A DNA stretch of 64,000 bases from a virus. The DNA lies in IMG/VR virus record IMGVR_UViG_3300042558_005646; one strand, 5' to 3'. The translations under genes and the position numbers were made by a program. The notes under the pieces were generated by a model. It had not been told where the DNA came from and did not search any database. It saw only the letters and a program-made list of their open reading frames with translations. Below, piece after piece: positions 28,356 through 36,378 of the stretch (positions within the stretch are counted from its first letter, which is position 1; every line of letters begins with the position of its first letter).

Positions 28356-30043
28356 TCCATTTTCTCTTTTGCTATCTGGTGTACCAGTAAAGATTTTTCT
28401 TTTAAAGTTTCTCTAGCAGATTCTAATAGACTTGATAAAAGTTCTTTATTTTGACTTTTACCATCATCCTCGATAGACTTTTTAAGATCTTTCAAATCAA
28501 TTATATCTTCATTATTTAAAACATTTGTTCGAAGTAATTCTTCAATTTGAATTTCACAATCATAAAGAAGATCGTGTATATTTGTAATCTTTCTAAAGTA
28601 TTCATCTTCTTCTTTGTGTTTTTGTGCGTCGTCAATAATTTTTGATATTTCTTCACTTGATAACGATGCTTGGCCAGTAATCTCAATATCTTTGTTGACT
28701 CCAGTATCTAGATCCTGAGCCTTAACTGAAAGTATACCATTTGCATCAATTTCAAATGCCACTTCAATTTTAGGTAATCCTCTAGGTTTCTCTTCAATAC
28801 CATCTAACTTAAATTCACCAAGACATAAATTATCAACAGTCTTTGGTCTTTCTCCTTGATATATCTTTACATCAACAGAAGATTGATCGTCATAAGCAGT
28901 TGTAAAGATTTCCTTAACAACTGCTGGCACTTGAGTATTTCTTGGAATTAATATACTCATAATGCCACCTTGAGTTTCTACACCTAATGAAAGAGGGCAA
29001 ACATCTAAAAGAAACACTTCTCTGCTTGATTTTCCAGTCAAAACTGATGCTTGAATTGCTGCCCCTATCGATACGGCTTCATCAGGATTAATTGACTTAT
29101 TTGGCTTTTTTCCGAACTTTTCTTCAATGACTCTTTCAATCATTGGAATTCTAGTACTACCGCCTACAAATACAACTTCATCTACCTTGTCTGTTTTTGT
29201 ATTTGCATCCCTTAAAGCATCATTGACACACACCATAGTTTTGTCAATATACGCCTTGATAGACTCTTCAAATTCTTCACGAGTAATTTTAATTGGTGCT
29301 TTTTCAATCATGACATTAGCAACAGTCATATGAGAAAGCATCTTTTTTGCCTTTTCTGATATGTTTCTTAAATCAACAGGATCTAATGTATGAGAAGTTT
29401 TTTGGCTAATAATTTTTCCAATAGCAGCGTCAAAATCTACACCACCAAGAGAAGTATTTCCAGATGTTGATTGAACGTGAAAGTCAACTCCATCCATAAG
29501 CTTGAGTAAAGTAACATCAAAAGTTCCACCACCCAAGTCATAAACTAAAATTGTTGCATCATTCTTTTTATCAAGACCATATGCCAAAGATGCTGCAGTA
29601 GGTTCATTGATGATGCGTAATACCTTGAGGCCAGCCAATTCTCCAGCTGTTTTTGTAGATTGCCTTTGATCATTATTGAAATATGCAGGGACAGTAATAA
29701 CAGCTTCAATTACTTCTGTGCCTAAGTGTCTCTCTGCACAATTTTTGAGATATTTTAAAATATAAGATGATACTTCTTCTGGGCTATAAGATTTGTTATT
29801 AATATCAAATCTCTTGTTAGTCCCCATATGTCTCTTAACGACACGTATAGTATGAGAATAGGGCAAATGCTGCTCCATATCGACAGCATATTGCCCTACA
29901 TAAACTTCATCTCCAAAGCTAACAACACTAGGAGTGATTCTTTCGCCTAAATCATTTGGAATTACTTCTGCTTGATCATTCTCATTAACATAAGAAACTA
30001 CACTAAAAGTACTTCCTAAATCAATTCCAATTGCATAACTCAT
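28352..30043 (-). CDS. dnaK: Hsp70/DnaK-family chaperone (short lid)
   Basis: GIDLGST, TPSVV, AVITVPAYFN, RIINEPTAASLAYG, YDLGGGTFDV, LGGVDFD, VGGSTRIP, NPDEAV, LLDVCPLSLG, IYQGER, FEIDANGIL. Confidence 0.93.
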   Translation of the reverse strand: MSYAIGIDLGSTFSVVSYVNENDQAEVIPNDLGERITPSVVSFGDEVYVGQYAVDMEQHLPYSHTIRVVKRHMGTNKRFDINNKSYSPEEVSSYILKYLKNCAERHLGTEVIEAVITVPAYFNNDQRQSTKTAGELAGLKVLRIINEPTAASLAYGLDKKNDATILVYDLGGGTFDVTLLKLMDGVDFHVQSTSGNTSLGGVDFDAAIGKIISQKTSHTLDPVDLRNISEKAKKMLSHMTVANVMIEKAPIKITREEFEESIKAYIDKTMVCVNDALRDANTKTDKVDEVVFVGGSTRIPMIERVIEEKFGKKPNKSINPDEAVSIGAAIQASVLTGKSSREVFLLDVCPLSLGVETQGGIMSILIPRNTQVPAVVKEIFTTAYDDQSSVDVKIYQGERPKTVDNLCLGEFKLDGIEEKPRGLPKIEVAFEIDANGILSVKAQDLDTGVNKDIEITGQASLSSEEISKIIDDAQKHKEEDEYFRKITNIHDLLYDCEIQIEELLRTNVLNNEDIIDLKDLKKSIEDDGKSQNKELLSSLLESARETLKEKSLLVHQIAKEKME

Positions 30044-30050
30044 AAGAATA

Positions 30051-30056
30051 ATTGTA
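30051..30056 (-). promoter_or_regulatory. -10 element (TACAAT) 7 nt before the dnaK ATG; leaderless-type
   Basis: aatgTACAATtattcttATG with no SD. Confidence 0.45.
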
Positions 30057-30058
30057 CA

Positions 30059-30412
30059 TTATTCTGTTTCGTCAGGTAATATTGTCCCTCCAGGCACATA
30101 TCCTTCCATTAATTCTTTTAAAGAATCCTTATTCTCCAATTTTTTCTTAAAGTCCAATGTTTCTTTTTTTGTTATTGGCCCACTAGGAGTTACTTTACTT
30201 TCGTCTCTTGGCAGATTAGATCTATAATCGTGTGCCATAGACATAAGTTGTACTACTGCAAATGTGTCTTTACATTTTGGGCATCTCATAATTGCATAAA
30301 CTTCAACTTCAGATTTGGGAAGCCAACCAAGATGGGAAGCTTTTGTGAATTGAGTTTTGCAATTACGATTTAGACAACATTTGGGTTTGCCGACGATGGT
30401 TTGATGAAACAT
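30059..30412 (-). CDS. Cys-rich (Zn-finger-like) hypothetical protein
   Basis: Start reassigned to ATG at 30412 (GGAGGTG SD); CCLNRNC and CPKC. Confidence 0.7.
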   Translation of the reverse strand: MFHQTIVGKPKCCLNRNCKTQFTKASHLGWLPKSEVEVYAIMRCPKCKDTFAVVQLMSMAHDYRSNLPRDESKVTPSGPITKKETLDFKKKLENKDSLKELMEGYVPGGTILPDETE

Positions 30413-30524
30413 AGCACACCTCCAATGCGCAAATAAGCAATTTATTATTCCTTGCAAAGCGCAGCCTAACTTTTATTAAGAAATCTTAATAGGACGTAAA
30501 CCATTCAATGTTGTATACTACTAT

Positions 30525-30563
30525 TGTCCACTGGCGGATAAATCTAGGCCAGTGGATATTTTT
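30525..30563 (+). other. GC-rich stem-loop (TCCACTGGC/GCCAGTGGA) followed by a T-rich tract, upstream of the small ORF
   Basis: 9-bp perfect stem, 30527-30535 with 30548-30556. Confidence 0.65.
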
Positions 30564-30583
30564 GTGTAAGGAGGCAAATGATT

Positions 30584-30655
30584 ATGAGAATTTTTGAACA
30601 GCTCGAAGAAATGATGAATCAAGTTATTTCAGCATTATTCAACGTAGAATTGTAA
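30584..30655 (+). CDS. Small 23-aa ORF (MRIFEQLEEMMNQVISALFNVEL), missed by the ORF track
   Basis: AAGGAGG SD at 30568-30574; TATACT at 30514-30519; hairpin downstream. Confidence 0.5.
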   Translation: MRIFEQLEEMMNQVISALFNVEL

Positions 30656-30663
30656 GGCAACTT

Positions 30664-30687
30664 ATAATCTACAGCGTCGTAGATTAT
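30664..30687. terminator. Hairpin between the convergent small ORF and helicase
   Basis: ATAATCTAC-agcgtc-GTAGATTAT overlapping the helicase stop. Confidence 0.55.
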
Positions 30688-32450
30688 TTCAATTCAAACA
30701 TCTTCCAGGCTCGTTCATTCTTATATACTTTCTTCCTCATATTTACGTGAGATCTCAAATTCTTATGGCTTGAAGCAAAATCTATAATTATAGCTTCAGG
30801 TTTTCCGTTTTTAATAGAGTCCTCAACATTCTTTCCAACACAACGAAGCACTCTTCCAACTTGCTGATATGTAGTTACTGGAGATGAACTAGTACCCGCA
30901 AGAATTAATCCAGAAATCTTAGGAGCATCAACACCTACATTTGCCCACTGTGTTGCAATCAAAATTATCTCGTTGTTTTCAACTGAATTAAGCATTCTTC
31001 GACGATAATTCTTTTCCTCATCACTAGGATCAATTTCACCCTTATCGCCTCCAGGAACAAAAACAGCATCTTCAATCATTCCTTCAAGAATATTGCCATG
31101 TTCCATTCTTTCAACAAGAATAAGAGTTGGAACACCCTTTGCTTTCAATCCTTCAGCGAATTGTTTAATTCTGAAATTTCTTTCCCAGCAATTTACTATA
31201 TTTAGATTGTAAACTTCGTGATAAGTCTGTCCAGGTTCAACAGTACTAATATTTACTACAAAAATCTTGGGTGGAACAAGAAAGCCACGTTCTACAAGAT
31301 CACTAGCACTTACTTCACAAACTTTTCCACCTAGTGTGCCTTCAATTCTAATTTCTTGATTGTCAGTACGAAAAGGAGTAGCTGAAAGTCCCAATCTGTA
31401 ATATGCTTGCTTTGCTTGATTTCCAATTTCTTCAGTGACAACAGCAGCCAAGTGTGCTTCATCAATTATCAAAGCATTGCAGCACTGAATTACATTTCTA
31501 ACTTGTGCTTTCTGAAATAATGTATCTTGCCTATTATCCCAAGCTGTTTGTGCTTTCTTATAAGCAGCTAATTCTGTTTTTATCAGTAAACTAATTTCAC
31601 GCTCATATTTCTTGCGCAATTTTTCAGCATCTTTTGTGCCATTTTCTTCTGCTTTTTCAACTTCTTCATATAAGTCTGAAAGTTTACCAGAAGCTAATTG
31701 TCGAGCTTTTTTGTACTTAATAGTTGACTCGTCTAATTCTTTTTGAAGAAGTCCAGTAGGTTTAGATCCTTCTCCAGAGTCTTCAACTATCTTATTATTG
31801 CTTTCCATATATTTCTTATCAAATGCAATAAGAGCTGTCTGATAAGTAATTACATTTATGCCTTCCATATTGATATCACAGAGTCCACCTCCAGCAATAC
31901 CAACTTTAACAGGTTGACCATCAATTTTAAGATATTTCTCAAATTCTTTTTGCGTTTGTTTGAGAAGTTCAATAGCTGGAACAATGAATACAACAGGCTT
32001 TACTTTGAGTTTATGAAAGATATAACAAGAAGTCATAGTCTTTCCAGCTCCAGTAGCAAGAGCAAGCATTCCACGTTGATTTTTAAGAGATAAGTCTCCT
32101 GAAATCATTTGATAATCACGAAGATCTTTTCCCATAAAATCACAAGTTATATTGTAATCTCTAATGGGCTTTTCTCTTTTATCAGAAAATTTATATGTTA
32201 CATTCAATTCATCAAAAAGACGAGCCACACGCATAGTAAGACCAGTAGGAAAAGATTGATTTCGCTTCACATAAAGAGAAATTCTTCCATCCCATTGACC
32301 AGTTTTATACTTTGCAGACCATTCAGAATCAGGTACTTTATAGGAAAGTTCATTCCTTAAAGCTTCTTGATAAGGGAAGGGTAATTTTCCCATAGGATCG
32401 TCGTGGTTTATGATGACACTTTTATCATTGTAAACTTCAACTTCTACCAT
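30684..32450 (-). CDS. Superfamily 2 DEAH helicase (UvsW/XPB-like) with coiled-coil insertion
   Basis: LRDYQ, LATGAGKT, FIVPAIEL, IIDEAH, GLSATPFR, NVGVDAP, QQVGRVLR. Confidence 0.88.
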   Translation of the reverse strand: MVEVEVYNDKSVIINHDDPMGKLPFPYQEALRNELSYKVPDSEWSAKYKTGQWDGRISLYVKRNQSFPTGLTMRVARLFDELNVTYKFSDKREKPIRDYNITCDFMGKDLRDYQMISGDLSLKNQRGMLALATGAGKTMTSCYIFHKLKVKPVVFIVPAIELLKQTQKEFEKYLKIDGQPVKVGIAGGGLCDINMEGINVITYQTALIAFDKKYMESNNKIVEDSGEGSKPTGLLQKELDESTIKYKKARQLASGKLSDLYEEVEKAEENGTKDAEKLRKKYEREISLLIKTELAAYKKAQTAWDNRQDTLFQKAQVRNVIQCCNALIIDEAHLAAVVTEEIGNQAKQAYYRLGLSATPFRTDNQEIRIEGTLGGKVCEVSASDLVERGFLVPPKIFVVNISTVEPGQTYHEVYNLNIVNCWERNFRIKQFAEGLKAKGVPTLILVERMEHGNILEGMIEDAVFVPGGDKGEIDPSDEEKNYRRRMLNSVENNEIILIATQWANVGVDAPKISGLILAGTSSSPVTTYQQVGRVLRCVGKNVEDSIKNGKPEAIIIDFASSHKNLRSHVNMRKKVYKNERAWKMFELK

Positions 32451-32457
32451 AATAACC

Positions 32458-32466
32458 AGTATACCA
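32458..32466 (-). promoter_or_regulatory. Extended -10 (TGGTATACT) 7 nt before the helicase ATG; leaderless-type
   Basis: aaTGGTATACTggttattATG with no SD. Confidence 0.55.
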
Positions 32467-32472
32467 TTAAAG

Positions 32473-32510
32473 AAACAACCATTTTGTTGATGTCAACAAA
32501 ATGGTTGTTT
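32473..32510. repeat. Perfect 18-bp inverted repeat with a 2-nt spacer
   Basis: AAACAACCATTTTGTTGA-tg-TCAACAAAATGGTTGTTT. Confidence 0.9.
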
Positions 32511-32527
32511 TGTGAAAGAAAGCAGTC

Positions 32528-32962
32528 CTAACGATGATTCATTGCGTTGAATTTGTTAACTGCAATTTGAATTTGCTTTGGTTTCTTACCTACAAATGTT
32601 TCCAATGTAGAAAGAACAAGCATATGTATCTTGTCAACATCTTCTTCAGATAATTCAATGCCTTTTTGAGCACATCCTAAACGAATGTATCTTACAAATT
32701 GATCAACAGCATCATCCTGTGAGAATTCGCCATCTTGAATTTTCTTTAAGCCTTCAATCCAAATATCTAAAATTCCGTCTGCTTTTTCGCCCAATTTACT
32801 GCGCAATACAAGCTTTACAACTTCAAGAGTTTGTAATGCAGCTGAACTTTCAGATTTAGATTTTGCCAAGAAAAAGAAAACTACACTGCCCAAAATAAAA
32901 CAAACTACATAAATAATAATTTCATTCTGGGTTGATTTCAATAAATTAGTAAGAGATTCCAT
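32528..32962 (-). CDS. Membrane-anchored hypothetical protein (holin-like topology)
   Basis: Single N-terminal TM IIIYVVCFILGSVVFFFLA followed by a helical soluble domain. Confidence 0.6.
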   Translation of the reverse strand: MESLTNLLKSTQNEIIIYVVCFILGSVVFFFLAKSKSESSAALQTLEVVKLVLRSKLGEKADGILDIWIEGLKKIQDGEFSQDDAVDQFVRYIRLGCAQKGIELSEEDVDKIHMLVLSTLETFVGKKPKQIQIAVNKFNAMNHR

Positions 32963-32964
32963 AG

Positions 32965-33183
32965 TTAGCAGTCCTTTGCGATTACGCTGTCATCATCATC
33001 AGATGCATTAGGATCAAGATCCATATTTGTAGTAGCAGGAATCACTAGTTCATCTTTAATTTGTGCAGTGACAGTTTCATCTTTCTTTTCATCAGCCCAA
33101 ACAAGATTAGTTGCATTTACTTCTTCGCCTTCAGCGCTTGTAAAATTTTCAATCTTACCTGTTGCTCTTTTTACCATACTCAT
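32965..33183 (-). CDS. Small acidic hypothetical protein
   Basis: 72-aa ORF overlapping the dnaJ stop. Confidence 0.6.
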   Translation of the reverse strand: MSMVKRATGKIENFTSAEGEEVNATNLVWADEKKDETVTAQIKDELVIPATTNMDLDPNASDDDDSVIAKDC

Positions 33184-34163
33184 AACATTTGCCTCCTTTT
33201 TCTAGAATCAACATATGATTTCAAAAATAAGGTTTCCTCTTCAGAAATATCTTTAGGAACCTTATACATTATTTTGAGATGTAAGTCAGAATATGTATCG
33301 TTTGAAGTTGGAATTCCCTTATTTTTGACAATATGTACATAACCATTTTTAAGACTAGTATTGAACTTAAAATTTAATTTGTTTCCGTTAACATGTGTAT
33401 ACTTGAACTCTGGATCAATCAATGCCATAACTGGATCAATTTCAAATTCATGAATTAAATTCAAGTTGGCATCAATCTCATATTTATCTCTCGGTTTGGT
33501 AATTACTTCTACGATAAGAGGACCTGGTGCTTGATGAATATCACCATGATTGCCTCTGCCATTAATCATTGTAGAACGATATACATGGCCTTTATTGATA
33601 GTTAGATCAAAGTTTTCATAAATCTTTACATGACCAGAACCATTGCAGTAATTACAGAAAGACTCAAACTTTTCACCACGCCCATAACAATCCTGACAAG
33701 GCCCAGCATAATTTCTTACATGCATGAACCCTAAATTTTGAATAATGTAATGTTCACCTGATCCCATACAGGTCATACAAACGTTTACATTTCCTCTACC
33801 ACCTGCCCCAGAACAAGCACCACATGGAGCTAATCTTTCATAATTCAGGTTTTTAACTACATTTCTATAGATTTCTTCTAATTCAAGTTCAATTGTTGCT
33901 GTAATTGGTGTGTTTAAATTACGTCTAAATGCATTTTGCGGCGTATTTCTGAAAGGATTAAATGGAGGTTCAAAATGCGGCTGTTGAGGTGGGGGATTTA
34001 ATATATCTTCATAAGCTTGAGATATTTCTTTGAATTTTTCTTCAGCGTTTGCTTCTTTATTGACATCAGGATGATATTGTTTTGCTAACTTACGATAAGC
34101 TTTTTTAACATCATCTAATGAGGAATTCTGAGGTAAACCTAGTACATCGTATGGGTTTGGCAT
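33180..34163 (-). CDS. dnaJ: Class A DnaJ co-chaperone (J-domain, four CxxCxGxG repeats, C-terminal domain)
   Basis: [22 protein letters not shown]; [32 protein letters not shown]; G.GN...PGPLIVEV. Confidence 0.9.
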   Translation of the reverse strand: MPNPYDVLGLPQNSSLDDVKKAYRKLAKQYHPDVNKEANAEEKFKEISQAYEDILNPPPQQPHFEPPFNPFRNTPQNAFRRNLNTPITATIELELEEIYRNVVKNLNYERLAPCGACSGAGGRGNVNVCMTCMGSGEHYIIQNLGFMHVRNYAGPCQDCYGRGEKFESFCNYCNGSGHVKIYENFDLTINKGHVYRSTMINGRGNHGDIHQAPGPLIVEVITKPRDKYEIDANLNLIHEFEIDPVMALIDPEFKYTHVNGNKLNFKFNTSLKNGYVHIVKNKGIPTSNDTYSDLHLKIMYKVPKDISEEETLFLKSYVDSRKRRQML

Positions 34164-34169
34164 AAAATC

Positions 34170-34175
34170 ATTATA
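34170..34175 (-). promoter_or_regulatory. -10 element (TATAAT) 6 nt before the dnaJ ATG; leaderless-type
   Basis: attagTATAATgattttATG with no SD. Confidence 0.5.
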
Positions 34176-34845
34176 CTAATTTGGATAGCATATTAGTAAT
34201 TTTATTGGAAGGGCATACTGCATTTTCACCAACTCCAATATCAGCATGTTGTCCTGTTACACCCATTATTGTACCTATAACTAAATTATCAGTGCCAATG
34301 ACCATTCCGCCTGAAGAACCTTCTAAAATGTCTGCATCTACAAAAATGATATCATTCCAAGCTGGCATATTAGGATCATTGATAGTTTGGTGTACGTTCG
34401 AAACTCTACCAACTGTAGCTGTGTCGTGAAAGCCTTCTGGAGATCCGATAACAGCAACTATATCTCCTACCTCAACGGAATCGCTATTAACAAGCCTTAA
34501 TTCAGGAATGTTGTCAGGTACTCTTTCAATTCTGATTGCTCCTGAATCAATATTTGGATCAGATATCAAAAAAGTTGCTGGAATAAAATTTTTATTATCA
34601 AATGAAACTAATATTTCAGTTAATGTTTCATCGTTCGGAACTACATGTCCAGCAGTAATTACAATGTTATTACCAATATAAAAACCACTGCCTGACCAAT
34701 TTTTTTTACCAGATCTTACGTAGATAGAACAAGAAGATTGAAGGCCCAGTTGTATTGTTTTTTTAACTGGATCTTCAATCTTTTCTGTGCTCTGGCTAGT
34801 CTTTATCAAACCATCCAAATAATTTACGTCTAATTTAAAATTCAT
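34171..34845 (-). CDS. Trypsin-like (S1/HtrA-type, no PDZ) serine protease
   Basis: GSGFYIG, ITAGHV (His), IDSGAI (Asp), [18 protein letters not shown] (Ser). Confidence 0.85.
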   Translation of the reverse strand: MNFKLDVNYLDGLIKTSQSTEKIEDPVKKTIQLGLQSSCSIYVRSGKKNWSGSGFYIGNNIVITAGHVVPNDETLTEILVSFDNKNFIPATFLISDPNIDSGAIRIERVPDNIPELRLVNSDSVEVGDIVAVIGSPEGFHDTATVGRVSNVHQTINDPNMPAWNDIIFVDADILEGSSGGMVIGTDNLVIGTIMGVTGQHADIGVGENAVCPSNKITNMLSKLV

Positions 34846-35300
34846 TGTATTACTTTGTACAAAATGTCTTTTTCATCAATAGTTCCAAATCTTCTACTAT
34901 CATCAGATTCATTAAGATTGTCTCCAACTAAATAATAATGATCTTTTGGTACTTTCAATTCCATCATATAAACGTCATCTAAACTTTTGTATTCCAAGAT
35001 TGAATGATAAGAGTTATCAACTATAAGTTGAAAAACTCCATTTTTTTTCATCATGTAGTAATAGTATTCTTCTGGAGTATACAATATTCTTTTAACAATC
35101 AAACTTCTATCATCACTCAAAGCTACTACGATATCGCTTTTTTTAAAATCTTTAGTTCTTTTTGCCAACAATATTTGTCTATTTTTATATGTAGGCATCA
35201 TTGAACGACCAACAACTACTACTAATTTGTATGGCTGACAGTAAGCCAATAACAATAGAATACAACCAATTACCAAAGAAACTAATAATCTCTTTTTCAT
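34842..35300 (-). CDS. lepB: Signal peptidase I (S26)
   Basis: N-terminal TM; VVGRSMMPT (Ser), IVKRI (Lys), GDNLNESDDSRRFG. Confidence 0.85.
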   Translation of the reverse strand: MKKRLLVSLVIGCILLLLAYCQPYKLVVVVGRSMMPTYKNRQILLAKRTKDFKKSDIVVALSDDRSLIVKRILYTPEEYYYYMMKKNGVFQLIVDNSYHSILEYKSLDDVYMMELKVPKDHYYLVGDNLNESDDSRRFGTIDEKDILYKVIQ

Positions 35301-35362
35301 GCTTCACCTCTTGTAATAAAAGGAGCTGAAGACATTTCTTTTTTTTAGCTTTTTGCTCGTAG

Positions 35363-36325
35363 TTAAGATTTTTTAACAGTAATAGTTGACCAATCAATAT
35401 TTGCAAGTTTAGGAACTCCAGGTCCCCAATTCTGTTCGTCTCCAGGTTGAACATGAACATTTTGCAAACTTGAAATATTTCTTAAAGCAACCATCATGTC
35501 TTCTTGACAGAATTGATTTCCAAATTCAGGAAGAAGATTTTGATTCTTTAAGCCTGCTTTTATCAATGCGCAAATACCAGCAACAAATGGAGATGCTTGA
35601 CTTGTGCCTGACATTTTACAATAGTTTCCATTCAAGTGAGTGGAATAAATATTAGTGCCAGGAGCAACAATATCTACTGTAAAATCTTTTGATGTGAAAG
35701 TGGCAAGATTTCCACTTTCATCTAAAGCAGCAACAGCAATTACTTCATCGTATCTAGCTGGATAATTAACTGCATGAGAATCATTTCCAGCTGCTGCAAC
35801 TACAACAATACCCTTTGACACCGCTTCTTTGATCAAATCATGAATAAATGATGGAGGCTCAGATGGAGCTCCCAAGGACATATTAATAATGTCTACGTTT
35901 AAGTCAATTGCTTTTCTCAAGCCTGCTGCTATAGTGTCATAGCTTCCACCGCCACTATTATCAAGAACTCTAATAGCATAACATTTTGCTTTGGGAGCCA
36001 CGCCAACTACGCCAAAATCATTATCAGAACCAGCAATAATTCCAGCTACGTGAACACCATGTCCACTGCCTTGATCATTAACACTTGCGTCAGCAGAGCA
36101 GTTTACAGCTTCTTCTAATTTCCAAGCCTCAACCAAGTCAGGATGTTCTGAGAAACCTGTATCTAGAATTGCTACTTTTATACCTTCACCCTGCTTTGAA
36201 ACTTGCCAAACATCTTGAATGTTTGCTAGAGACATACCCCAGTTTTGGGTTTGAGACAGTGCTGCAAACGGAACCGATACAACTTTTAAGTCTTCTTCAG
36301 GAATAAATTGAATTTTGTCTTGCAT
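35363..36325 (-). CDS. Subtilisin-like (S8) serine peptidase
   Basis: VAILDTG (Asp), HGVHVAGIIAG (His), INMSLG, AAAGN, SGTSQASP (Ser); ATG at 36325 with GAGGTG SD. Confidence 0.92.
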   Translation of the reverse strand: MQDKIQFIPEEDLKVVSVPFAALSQTQNWGMSLANIQDVWQVSKQGEGIKVAILDTGFSEHPDLVEAWKLEEAVNCSADASVNDQGSGHGVHVAGIIAGSDNDFGVVGVAPKAKCYAIRVLDNSGGGSYDTIAAGLRKAIDLNVDIINMSLGAPSEPPSFIHDLIKEAVSKGIVVVAAAGNDSHAVNYPARYDEVIAVAALDESGNLATFTSKDFTVDIVAPGTNIYSTHLNGNYCKMSGTSQASPFVAGICALIKAGLKNQNLLPEFGNQFCQEDMMVALRNISSLQNVHVQPGDEQNWGPGVPKLANIDWSTITVKKS

Positions 36326-36378
36326 TTTGTTCACCTCGATACAAGTATATTATTCTTTATATAATTTTCCCAATTCCT

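Noticed and set aside
19133-34163. Bacterial chromosome origin suggested by gyrAB, dnaK, dnaJ and clpX
   Set aside because: These genes are divergent, lack their usual bacterial neighbours (grpE, hrcA, clpP, dnaA, recF) and are embedded among phage head, tail and lysin genes.
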